Shown here: positions 24,163 to 35,718 of the stretch, one piece after another
Layout of the letters: each line of letters begins with the position of its first letter
How positions within the stretch are numbered: position 1 is the first letter of the stretch
Source: Octopus bimaculoides
Taxonomy: Eukaryota
Assembly (NCBI RefSeq): GCF_001194135.2
Contig: NC_068997.1
Coordinates: forward strand, 13,552,691 to 13,603,313
Direction: 5' to 3'
DNA: 50,623 nucleotides
The notes under the pieces: generated by a model
What the model saw: only the letters and a program-made list of their open reading frames with translations
What the model was told of the DNA's origin: nothing
Database searches by the model: none
Program-made: the position numbers and the translations under genes

Positions 24163-24490
24163 CGCATGGCTCAGTGGTTAGGGCGTCAGGTTCACAATCA
24201 TGAGTAGTGAGTTCTATTCTCGGACTGGGCTGAATGTTGTGTTCTTGAGCAAGACACATTTTTTTTCACGTTGCTCCAGTTTACTCAGCTGTAGAAATGA
24301 GTTGCAACAGTCATACACATAAGCTCGCACGCACACACACATACACACACACACATGTAGATAGACAAACAGACAGATAGATAGACATATGTGTGTATGT
24401 TTGTGTGTATGGAATGGTCATAATTGGAACGTTGCTAACACAGGCCGATTTTATCAGGGCTGACATAAAGACAAATCAACAACAACAGGA
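24163..24490 (+). mobile_element. SINE family B (tRNA head, CORE-like domain), interrupted by microsatellite
   Basis: cgcatggctcagtggttagggcg (A box), gagttctattctc (B box), tgtgttcttgagcaagacac..ttcacgttgctccagtttactcagctgt (CORE-like), and a possible (AAC)n tail near 24480. Confidence 0.75.
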
Positions 24491-24606
24491 ACAACAACTT
24501 CAGCCTCAGATTAATTTTTCCCCCTGGTTTAAAAGTTTTATACTTCAAGAGAAAACATGCTGTGCTGTGATGGTTCCTGCTTTTGTATTTGTTCCTGCGA
24601 GATATT

Positions 24607-24811
24607 CTTTACTACTCTAGGCACAAGGCCCGAAAGTTTGGCCAGTCGATTAGATCGACCCCAGAACGCAACTAGTACTTAATTTATCGACCCCGAAACG
24701 ATGAAAAGCAAAGTCAACCTCGGCGGAATTTGAACTCAGAACGTAAAGACAGACGAAATACCGGTATGCATTTCACCCGGCGTGCTAGCGTTTCCACCAG
24801 CTCATCACCTT
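24607..24811 (-). mobile_element. Full-length SINE family A with 16-bp TSD
   Basis: Colinear with 15864-16083. TSD gttcctgcgagatatt (24591-24606) and gtttctacgagatatt (24812-24827), 14/16 identical. Confidence 0.92.
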
Positions 24812-25473
24812 GTTTCTACGAGATATTAGTCGTGTAATGTAAGAGATCCATTGTAGACTCCAAGACTGGGACAGGGTCACGGAATAAAGAAACTTTATTT
24901 GGGTATTATTCCTAGTTTAAAGCTACTACGGTTCCCTTCTGTTTTAAATTCTCCATTCTATTAAACACATGGTTAATTTATTTCTAAAGAATAATATACG
25001 AAACCACTGATATTATCTATCCTTATCTATTCCGAGCAAGAATTTGAACTAGTCTGATTTATTGTTTGCCTAAGGAGCGACTCTGATAGATCCTATTCGG
25101 CAATTTTTCCCACTGCATAACATTACGCGTCTCATTAACCTAAACCCTTTTCAAATATTCGAAAATAGCTAAAAGTAAGACATAAAATGAAATATCCATA
25201 TATAAGTTTCGTATTTACATTCACATAGAAAATCTGAGTTTCTTTTTCGATGGCATATCGTTATTGAACTGAAGTAGATTTGAAAGTAAATGTTCAAGTA
25301 ATACGAACAGTAAAATAACAAGAAGCCATAATTAACTGTGACTAGATTCGCATCAAAAGCTCTTCTCTAAAGATATCCACCTCGCTTTATCATCGTCGTC
25401 GTCGTCGTCGTCATTAACAACGAAAACAAGAACAAAACAATAAGACTAGTGAAAATGTTAATGATGAAGGTGC

Positions 25474-25474
<1 letters not shown>

Positions 25475-25524
<50 letters not shown>

Positions 25525-25630
25525 TGATGATGATGATGAAGACGTACAATAATATCAATAGTATGATAATGATGATGACGATGATGATGATGCTGATGAT
25601 AACGGATGTAATGAGGATGATGACGACAAC
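25475..25630. repeat. (AAT)n/(GAT)n microsatellite
   Basis: Direct reading. Confidence 0.9.
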
Positions 25631-27472
25631 AAAACCCTAAAAGATACGCAATATTCAACATTCTCCTCCTACTGCATAACATCTGAATGATTTTTGAAAA
25701 TTTGCGTTTAAAATTTCACTTCTTATTCAGTTTGACTCATCACACACAATTTGTCTGTCCTCATATATAGAAATTTTGCCATTGAATGATGCCAATTTAA
25801 ATGATGTCTTATTGTAAGACAGCACAAATGGTAAGAATTTAGAAATTTCAAAAATAAATAATGAAAAGAAGATGAAAACAACACAAAAAACAACAACAAA
25901 AGAACATAAAGCAAATAAAAGAAAAGAGCCATTAAATGAATAAATGAGTGAATGAAATAAAGAATAAATAAATATATAATTAAATGAATAAGTCAATAAG
26001 TCAATAAGTCAAATGAATAGAAAGCAGATCTGATAAAGTTTTACAAAATAAATTATCAAGTTAGCTCTTTTAGGCAGAAATAAACAAGATTTCAATTTAA
26101 AGCCAACAAAGGCCTTTGGCCTTTTGCATTCTAAATGTTCCTTATATGGTAACGTATCAAATGGAAAAGCGAGTTGAAATAAATAAATAAAAATGTAAAG
26201 AGTATTAAAGAAAGAAAACAAATAAGAAATAGAAACGATAAGAATTATTCTCTTCTAAAAATGTTTTTTTGTTTTGTTTTTTTGTTTTTGTTGATTTATT
26301 TCATGTCGATTTAAGTTGTGAAACTGAAGTATCATTAAAAAACATACTCGGATCAATTGAGTTATTATCTTATCGACTAATGATTCGCTTACACTCCGCC
26401 ATCACTAATATAGTAATTGTTGTGTCTTTCTTTCTTGATTGTAGAAAGGGATGATTAAATGGAAACTGAGAACAAAAATAAAAACGAACAAAATAAAACA
26501 AAAAACAAAAATACAAATACAACAGATAAATAAAAGAAGTAGCTAAAGAGAAGGGAAAAGAGAAGAACCGAAAAGAAAGCATTCTTCTCCTTTTGCATTA
26601 TTCATTTCGCCTAATCTGTAGCCGCCATTCGCAGATCAACGCTTGTATGCCTAGCAGCTATATTTATTCTTAAATGCTTCTTCAATATTTTCCCCTATAA
26701 CGGCCGCCATCTTGAACAAACGACCAGATTTTGTGTTTTCTTTTCTAATATATTATTGCCATCAGTTTAAATTGGCCATTGACAAAATTTGATATTTTGT
26801 ATAATTTTATACTTATTCCACCTACACACAACACCAGGATATGGCTACTGCTGACTACGTACTCGACTATTGCCTTTAGTTTTGGCAGAATGAGTGCTAG
26901 CGAGGGACAAATTCTAATTTGCATCGAGCAAATTCACTGTAACCAGACCCTTATAAAAAGTTTTTCCTTAACAATGTTCTCTGTCTTTATTTCAAACAAA
27001 CTGAATCCACAATGTTTTGGCAGAAGGGGTAATAATCAAACTCCATAACCATATAGTATTTAGTCCAGTGCTGTATGGTTCCTGAAAAATTGTATCCATT
27101 TATGTTTCGTGAGAATAATTGTTTTTTTACGTTGTTTAGATCTAAGACAATTTTCTTTCTGTGTGTTTAGCTAGAGAATGAAACCCAGCATGTATTGATC
27201 CTCTCAGCGCCTCTATGACAGGTGGGGGAGTAAGAGGTTGTTATCCTCAGAGTTGTGGTTTGTCACGAACTTTAGCATCAGGGTGGGCCGTGCGATAATT
27301 ACTCGTGAGCTAGGAGCTTTGTCAAGGGGGTTTCACTTTTTGTTCGATCAATAGAAACACCAGGCCTAATGAATAAGAGTATACAGGGCTGAGTATCACA
27401 CAGACATGTTTACGTTTATGGTCGCATGACAGTGTGGTAAGGCTAGACCTTTATAATTACAAGTATAATTCA

Positions 27473-27627
27473 GCTGACAGGCTTCTTCACAGTTTCCGTC
27501 AACACGATTTCGTTCCTCACAAACTATCGGTCAAAATGAGGGTACAGAAAACACTTGCTCAAGATATTCTGCAATGTAATTCAAACTCAGTCTTCATGGT
27601 TATGAAGCAAAGCCCCTGACCACTCGA
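27473..27627 (-). mobile_element. Degenerate SINE family C, 5' half
   Basis: ctgacaggcttcttcacagtttccgtc..aacacttgctcaag..catggttatgaagcaaag matches the family C head region. Confidence 0.6.
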
Positions 27628-27673
27628 TAATTATGCTCCGAACCCCTATCATTCCCATACATAAATATATATG

Positions 27674-27716
<43 letters not shown>

Positions 27717-28049
27717 NNNNNNNNNNNNNNNNNNNNNNNNNNNNNNNNNNNNNNNNNNNNNNNNNNNNNNNNNNNNNNNNNNNNNNNNNNNNNNNNNNNN
27801 NNNNNNNNNNNNNNNNNNNNNNNNNNNNNNNNNNNNNNNNNNNNNNNNNNNNNNNNNNNNNNNNNNNNNNNNNNNNNNNNNNNNNNNNNNNNNNNNNNNN
27901 NNNNNNNNNNNNNNNNNNNNNNNNNNNNNNNNNNNNNNNNNNNNNNNNNNNNNNNNNNNNNNNNNNNNNNNNNNNNNNNNNNNNNNNNNNNNNNNNNNNN
28001 NNNNNNNNNNNNNNNNNNNNNNNNNNNNNNNNNNNNNNNNNNNNNNNNN

Positions 28050-28085
<36 letters not shown>

Positions 28086-28837
28086 TATACATATATATTT
28101 ATATATGAGTGTGTGTGTGTATGTGTGTATGTGTGTGTCTGCGTGCGTGAATGTGCGTGTTTGTGTGTGTAAATATGTGTGTAACAGTAACACGTTTGAA
28201 ATTGCTAATGAAAGCTGATCAGCGAATGTACATGACTGAAAGCTTCTTCTAATCATCAATCAAGTGAACGAAAGAAACTCTAGATGGTCATTCGACTCTC
28301 ACGAATTAACTGCTAGATATGACTTAAATAATACCTGACATCCTCAAATAGCACACGAATTATACTATAGTCCTGCATAGCTCTAAGAAGACCAAATTTC
28401 ATTGTTAGAATGCTTTTAATAATTCGTACAATGTTCAATCGCGGTTCATTGGATCAAATTCACTACAGTAACTGACGCTCAGGACTCGATGTTGGTAGTA
28501 ATATAGGCCTTATAAAATAAGAGTGATATGTATCAAAAACACACGGCATCAAATTTGCGGGTTATAAGTAATTGGGTTGATTAAAGCGATTCACGATCTT
28601 GAATGGTACATATTTTATTAACTCAGTAGAACAGAATCACAATTTGAATTCGTAGGGATTAAACTGAGAAGGTAAATTATCCTATATAAACATCTCTAAG
28701 CATTGTAGTTGAACGTTGTAATAATGTTGACGATCGATCACCTTCCCTTGAGAAAATGTTCATTGCTTTCATTGTATGCTCTAAATCACACATGTGAGGA
28801 TTATGACACAGGCATATAATTGAATTCAGATATATTT

Positions 28838-29062
28838 GTTTCAGATTTTGGCACAAGGCCAGCAAATTCGTGGTGTGTGTGGGTGGAGGGAATAGTCGAT
28901 TACATAGACCCTTGTGATCAGCTGGTGTTTATTTCATCGACCTGAAAGAAAGTAAAGCAAAGTCCACCTCGAGGGAATTTGAACTCAGAACGAACAGACG
29001 GACGAAATACTGCTCAGCGTTTCGCCCGGCGGGCTAACGATTCTGCTAGCTCACGGCCTCAA
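28838..29062 (-). mobile_element. SINE family A copy
   Basis: tttcagattttggcacaaggccagc..aaagtccacctcgagggaatttgaactcagaacg..ttctgctagctcacggcc. Confidence 0.85.
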
Positions 29063-29079
29063 GACGTCTGTAAACACCG

Positions 29080-29265
29080 GTTTCAAATTTTGCTACAAGG
29101 CCAGCAATTTTAGATGAGTAGGTGAGTTGATTACATAGGCCACAATGCTCAGCTGGTACCCATTCCATCGACTTATTCGAAATAATGAAAAGGCACAGTT
29201 GACCTCAGCGGAATTTGAACTTAGAACGTTGAGACGAACGAAATGCTGCATTTTGCCCGGCGTGC
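29080..29265 (-). mobile_element. SINE family A copy, 5'-truncated, tandem with the previous copy
   Basis: ggtttcaaattttgctacaaggccagc..gttgacctcagcggaatttgaacttagaacg..gcccggcgtgct. Confidence 0.8.
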
Positions 29266-29400
29266 TCCTCCAAATGGTCCAGTCAAAAGCAACCGCCGTT
29301 GCAAATTTCAACTGGATTCCTAAATATGACCAACTAAGACTAAAAATATTATCCAACCATCTCATTCTTGGTCTCCCTCTAGGTCTCCTGCCAGTTGGCT
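29266..29400 (-). mobile_element. RTE (Rex3/Expander-like) LINE ORF2 extreme C-terminus
   Basis: Reads GRRPRGRPRMRWLDNIFSLSWSYLGIQLKFATAVAFDWTIWR, against the recalled Rex3-type KRPRGRPRTRWRDYISDLAWSRLGI..W. Confidence 0.75.
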
Positions 29401-29589
29401 AGGGTTAAAGAATCCTCGTTGCATTTCTTTCCTGCGATACTATGATTACATTCTTCTTGATATCTAGATAATATTTTATGTTATTCACAATATTACTATT
29501 AAACGCTATGAAGATACATGAAATTGTTTTTCTTCCCAATATGGATCAGTCAGAGTGAAAGGGTTTCAGTGCTCATGAGACTTTTCAAC

Positions 29590-30175
29590 ACATTATATTT
29601 GTTCTACTTGATGGTTCATATGATGTCGTTGACTCTCGCGTGTTGCTGTATTAAGGGGTTTATTTTCTTGTCCACGATGTGATGTCGAGCACGATCATTT
29701 CCATTTTCCGTTGGTCCACCATGAGAACGTTCATAGAGACCCCGTGTTTCACTGTTGTAATTCCTCACTGGCAGAGAGATTCGTTACAAATCGTTGTTTT
29801 AAAACTTCATGGAAGCCTCATGAGGTTTTACACTATCTCTAAGACCGCCCAACCAAGCGCTGCTCTTCTCTTCGCTCAAGGGAGGATATTTTCTTCTTTC
29901 GTCACCATCTTTCATAGGTAAATGTACTTGTCTAGCTCTTCTATGGCCTTGATGTTTAGGTGACGTGTGCTGCCATAGAGTGCCTATTAAACATAACTTT
30001 CCAAGGTTCATATTGGGGCCGACAGGTTTCGTTGTAGTATGGGTATCGGTGATCATTTCCTCTTGTTTCATGGAAGGCATACAAAATCCAGATGATGCCA
30101 TTCAACCAGGATGAAGGTTAATGTTACTATTGAAGCATAAAGGCGATTATCACCGACGGACTCCCGTGCAGATTT
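29590..30175 (-). mobile_element. Degenerate RTE-clade LINE reverse transcriptase and C-terminal fragment
   Basis: Minus-strand landmarks in order: GVR.GD, QEEMITD..KPVGPNMNLGK, KVMFN, IEELDKYIYL, KRRAALGWA, LPVRNYNSET, VDQRKME, RVNDII. Confidence 0.85.
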
Positions 30176-30664
30176 TATAAGTCCTTTTATTACTCACAAC
30201 TCTTCAGTTGATCCTAGGTTGCAGTGGAAGGCCATATACTCTGTATAATATATTGAATTGTCTTGATATGTTTAAACAAGAGAGAATAAGCTATTAAAAC
30301 ATCTCTCTTACTAGTAAACAGCATTAACCACTCGCCTCACAATATTACATTCGAAGTAACTAATTTTTCACAGAGTAAAATCCACTTCACCTTCTCAAGA
30401 GAGAACTGGAGGTCAGGCTTTCCACCAGTGACCATTCTATCGCTTTGCTTCATACGTTTTATGTGTTGGACTACACTAAACAATATGTCATCCATTCACC
30501 TTAACTAAAATCCGTTAAAGCGTGAACTAAGAGGGAGATGTGCTATCTCTAGTAAAATAACTATATCCACATTTACGTTACTTACCATTGAAACATTACA
30601 TTCAATAATTTGTTTATGAAATTATTATATTTGTAGTAGTTGTAGTAAGAAGCTAAAGACAGAC

Positions 30665-30668
<4 letters not shown>

Positions 30669-30742
<74 letters not shown>
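30669..30742. repeat. (AG)n microsatellite
   Basis: Direct reading. Confidence 0.95.
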
Positions 30743-30749
<7 letters not shown>

Positions 30750-31658
30750 TGAGTGAAAGTGAATAATAAATAGAAAGATGGTTGAATAGTAAAAGTAGAA
30801 AGGTGACTGGATGTAAGAGTTTTGTGTATAGGCTTTCATTCAGCGATTAAGTGAAGCGTAAATGAGCTCTAATTACTTATAACACCATACTGTTAATGTT
30901 AATAAGTAGATCTGACATATGCAGACCTCTCCGTACTCTCAGATTATCTTTCTCTTTGACCCGATAACTCTATTGTTTTCTTTCTGTGTTTATAAATGTC
31001 TCTCTCTCTCTCTCCCTCTCTCTCTCTCTCCCCCTCTCTCTCTTTCTCTCACTATATACATATATACAAATATATATACTTGAATGTGTGTACACACACA
31101 CACACCAGAATACACATCAAACTTCCATGGCTTCCTCTAATTTTTCTTTGTTTAACATTTCAGTGTCGTGGGTCTCTGCCAGTGTCTTTATATGGTTTTT
31201 ACTTCAGTATAGTCTGTTTCTATATGGAGGAAAGCACCTACGAATGTATATACATACATACAAACACACATATTTATATCTATATTTATATGTGCATGTA
31301 TGTATGTATGCATATGTATGTGTTCCTGTGTGTTTGAGTGCGTCTGTGCGCATGTATATGAAAGCAAATATTGTATCTGATCTTTAGTTTTTTTTTCCTA
31401 GAAACGCAACAATTTTTCTACCACGATTCGTCCCTGCCATTTTCTATCAATGTATTTTATTATAATTTTCAATATCGCTGCAGTATTTTTCGCAAATTAT
31501 TTTATTGCTTCAATCTCTTTGACCACTCTAGTTTTTTTTTTTTTTTTCGCAAAATTATACTTTCCTCTGCAGTATACATGATACAATATTTCTCTCTGAA
31601 CATCAGTGCCCCATTCATTCTATACACCCTCATTACCCTTATACTCTTTCTCACATTC

Positions 31659-31689
<31 letters not shown>

Positions 31690-31975
31690 ATTGGGTGCGT
31701 GTATGCATATGTGTGTGTACAGGAGTACGTGTTCGTTTTTATGTTATAATATGATTTAGAATATATATCTATAATTAATTTATTAAATAACACTGGGTGT
31801 AACTACGAGCTTAGATACCGTATCGAGAGAATGTATTTGTGAATAGCAAAGGGGTAAAAATCTACGTACGTTTCGATTCTTGCTTGAATTATTCTCTTTA
31901 GCTATCCAGGAATATATAGATAACACTGAGTATGCTCAAATGAATGTGAACTTAAATTCCAACTGTCCCTTTCAG

Positions 31976-32092
31976 AGCCGGGACCACGGCGCGGAAGTGG
32001 CGATATGAGCAATGCAAATCGAGCTGTTATGGACGTAAACACCCTTGGTGACTGGCGACGTTTAGGGTTTGTGGGGTTTCCTCTTTTAACCA
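31976..32092 (+). CDS. Candidate isolated internal coding exon (117 nt, phase 1-1), product unknown: [E]PGPRRGSGDMSNANRAVMDVNTLGDWRRLGFVGFPLLT
   Basis: Acceptor ccaactgtccctttcAG, branch-like cttaa about 22 nt upstream, donor ca|GTGAGC. The length is a multiple of 3 and only one + frame is open. It is a unique GC-rich patch in AT-rich flanks. No homolog was recognised. Confidence 0.5.
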
Positions 32093-32294
32093 GTGAGCTA
32101 ATCACATCTAACGAGGAATTTTTGAGCTAAAGTTTACTTACGTTTTATTGCATTTTAATTTTATTGTTTATTCTTTCTTGTCTATGGGAATCCTCACTGC
32201 CCCGTTGTCTTCCTATTGTCCTGAATGGTTTTGCAGTGACCAATGAAGTTGTATTACTGGTATTGGTGTTGCTGTTATTATTGTGAAGCTGATA

Positions 32295-32440
32295 GTGCCA
32301 TTAGCACGTCGGATAAAATTTAAGTCGCATTTTGTGTATATTTACCTCCTGTGCTCAAATTCTTCCAAGGTTGACTTTGCTTTTCATCATATCGGGATCG
32401 ATAAAGCATGTACCAGTCGAACACTGAGCTCAACATAAGC
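32295..32440 (+). mobile_element. Old SINE family A copy
   Basis: ccattagcacgtcggataaaatt..gctcaaattcttccaaggttgactttgcttttcatcatatcgggatcgataaagcatgtaccag. Confidence 0.65.
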
Positions 32441-32486
32441 GAAATTCACCATCAAAATTTCAGGTCTATACTAGATAGGACTACCG

Positions 32487-32540
<54 letters not shown>

Positions 32541-32629
32541 GTTTTATCGTGGGGTACAAATAACGCTTACTGACACACACCTACACAGCTATCAGTTGCC
32601 AATGCATATGCGTTGTGTGTGTGTGTGTA

Positions 32630-32662
<33 letters not shown>

Positions 32663-33084
32663 GTGTTTGTGTGTGTGTCTGTATGTCTGTATGTCTGTGT
32701 GGTTTAAGGCAAGAAAACATTGTTAATACAAAAGAGAAAGAAGTGAAAGTGAAATACCGACAGAAAAATAAGTATGACGAAAACAATGTGAAAAACATCG
32801 ACAACAACCACAGCAAAAAACAAAATCAACTTCAACAACAACAATCATAATTGTGTTTTATAAACGAGATGTATTGAAATTAACCAACAGCGACATTTAA
32901 TTAAAAGACTTCAATTTTCTTCCGTATCTATTCATTGGATTTAATTAAGGTATGGTTAACCGTTAATTTCTTGGCACGATACCTATACAAACTAGCTTTG
33001 TATTTATTTATTTTGTAAGTGTTTGTATGTGTATTATGTATATCTGTGAGCATATATGCGCGCGCCTGTGTGTTTCTGTGCATA

Positions 33085-33116
<32 letters not shown>

Positions 33117-33554
33117 CGCGTGCGTGCGTGCGTAGATGATTGGTGATGGTTTAAATATATGTGAAAAGCATTTTCAGGCAGTGAGCAAGGGTATATGTAC
33201 TTGCTAGAAATTAATATATGTGTAAGATTACGTTGTTGCAATTTTGATTGAGAACAAACATATATACATAAATACACACACATATATATATACACATGCA
33301 AATATATACATATATATATATGTGTGTGTGTGTGTGTGCATATATATGCAAATATATACACACATATATATAACTTTATAAATACAAGGGTAAAAATTAT
33401 TAAATAATTTACACCAGTGGTTAGCATGCGTAATGAAAGTCAAGAGACATAAAACATGTGTGTGTGTGTTTATGTGTGTGTTTGTGTGATAAACATATAC
33501 ATAAATACACATAAATACACACTTACGCACGCACACACACACACACACACACAT

Positions 33555-33586
<32 letters not shown>

Positions 33587-33605
33587 GTGTTCTTTCATTC
33601 TTTTA

Positions 33606-33805
33606 TTCTTTTATTTATTTCAGTCGTTTGATTACGGCAGTGCTGAAGGACCTTCTTTAGTCGAAAAAAATCGATCCTAGTACTTATTTGTAAGCCTAGA
33701 ACTTTTATCTGAGACTTTAGCCGAACCGCTACATTACCTAAATACACTAGCATCGGTTGTCAAGCGATGGAGGGGGACCAAACGCAGACACTCAAACATA
33801 TATAT
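33606..33805 (-). mobile_element. SINE family C, 3' half, running into a (TA)-flanked N-gap
   Basis: tttcagtcgtttgattacggc..gccgaaccgct..catcggttgtcaagcgatggagggggaccaaac. Confidence 0.8.
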
Positions 33806-35029
33806 NNNNNNNNNNNNNNNNNNNNNNNNNNNNNNNNNNNNNNNNNNNNNNNNNNNNNNNNNNNNNNNNNNNNNNNNNNNNNNNNNNNNNNNNNNNNNNN
33901 NNNNNNNNNNNNNNNNNNNNNNNNNNNNNNNNNNNNNNNNNNNNNNNNNNNNNNNNNNNNNNNNNNNNNNNNNNNNNNNNNNNNNNNNNNNNNNNNNNNN
34001 NNNNNNNNNNNNNNNNNNNNNNNNNNNNNNNNNNNNNNNNNNNNNNNNNNNNNNNNNNNNNNNNNNNNNNNNNNNNNNNNNNNNNNNNNNNNNNNNNNNN
34101 NNNNNNNNNNNNNNNNNNNNNNNNNNNNNNNNNNNNNNNNNNNNNNNNNNNNNNNNNNNNNNNNNNNNNNNNNNNNNNNNNNNNNNNNNNNNNNNNNNNN
34201 NNNNNNNNNNNNNNNNNNNNNNNNNNNNNNNNNNNNNNNNNNNNNNNNNNNNNNNNNNNNNNNNNNNNNNNNNNNNNNNNNNNNNNNNNNNNNNNNNNNN
34301 NNNNNNNNNNNNNNNNNNNNNNNNNNNNNNNNNNNNNNNNNNNNNNNNNNNNNNNNNNNNNNNNNNNNNNNNNNNNNNNNNNNNNNNNNNNNNNNNNNNN
34401 NNNNNNNNNNNNNNNNNNNNNNNNNNNNNNNNNNNNNNNNNNNNNNNNNNNNNNNNNNNNNNTATATAGATATATATATATAGATATGGATAGATACATA
34501 CGTACATACATAAATATAGATGCGTATATGTACACTCCCACACATAAATATATGTCTGTATATTTATGTATGTATTTCATCTGTGAATGTATCTATGTAT
34601 GTACATATCACTATGGTATTTAGGTTGTCATTACTCCAGTTGAATTAAACCTGACCGAATGGTATCGGGTATGACATCGACTCAAAGTGATTATGTCAAC
34701 GGAGAAAAATCTCCTGCACTGGTAACGACTGCAAACATAGTATTTATATCGACATTGATGAAGATTAAAGCCGATCAATAGCTTTCCTAAAACGATGATT
34801 ATCCGCAATGATATTTCTACCCATCTGTGTCTTTCTATATTTTTTAAGTGATTGGTAGATTTGACGCATCTCCCTCAGAAACTATTTTGCTTCTAATATC
34901 TGGTGGACGAAAGAAAATGTGATTTGTTCTACTCGCTAAAATCTTTCACATTCAAACGTCTATGAAGAGAATTCACCAGTTATATTTCCTTACGCAGGAA
35001 AAAATCCCAAACTGACAGTTCGTAGCTGC

Positions 35030-35089
35030 TGCTGCTGCTGCTGCTGCTACTAATACTACTGCTGCTGCTGCTGCTGCTGCAGCTGATGA

Positions 35090-35120
<31 letters not shown>

Positions 35121-35225
35121 AATAATGATATCAAATTTTACCACAATGGCAGCCATTTTGGTGGAGTGGATGTTTCTATTATATCGACCCCAGTGTTCAA
35201 CTGGTACTTACTTTATTGACCCCGA

Positions 35226-35295
<70 letters not shown>
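35030..35295. repeat. (GCT)n/(GAT)n and (TAT)n microsatellites flanking a SINE A fragment (about 35150-35225, minus)
   Basis: Direct reading. The internal tcgaccccagtgttcaactggtacttactttattgaccccga matches the family A central domain. Confidence 0.8.
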
Positions 35296-35296
<1 letters not shown>

Positions 35297-35346
35297 CTTC
35301 GTAACACAGTGTAGGTAAAAATGCACTGGAGTCTTTAGTCATCTGT

Positions 35347-35510
35347 CTAGTGACACCAAAAACCACAGACAGATAATAGTTTCCTTAAGATGTGCGCTGT
35401 GCCCAATAAGGCTGCTTTTTGCAAGACATCAATTTTGCATGGGACTTCCAGTTGCCTTAAGAAGTCTTGAAGTTTCAGTGGGATTGAGCTCAACGCCCTG
35501 ATCTCAAGAC
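35347..35510 (-). mobile_element. C-terminal fragment of an R4/Dong-like non-LTR retrotransposon (REL endonuclease end)
   Basis: Reads IRALSSIPLKLQDFLRQLEVPCKIDVLQKAALLGTAHILRKLLSV. LQKAALLGTAHILRK is the typical terminal motif of this group. Confidence 0.8.
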
Positions 35511-35687
35511 CAAGTCCGATGGATAAAATAATTCCAAACTTTCGATCATTTTACGAAATTTTCGATATTACGAGACTTTTTGTTTAAAAGAACATTAGCA
35601 AAAGAAAACTTTTTGCTAGGCTAGTTTTCTCCTCAAATTGGGCGTGCATATATATTGCTGCTGCTGTTGTTGCTGTTGCTGCTGTTG

Positions 35688-35718
<31 letters not shown>

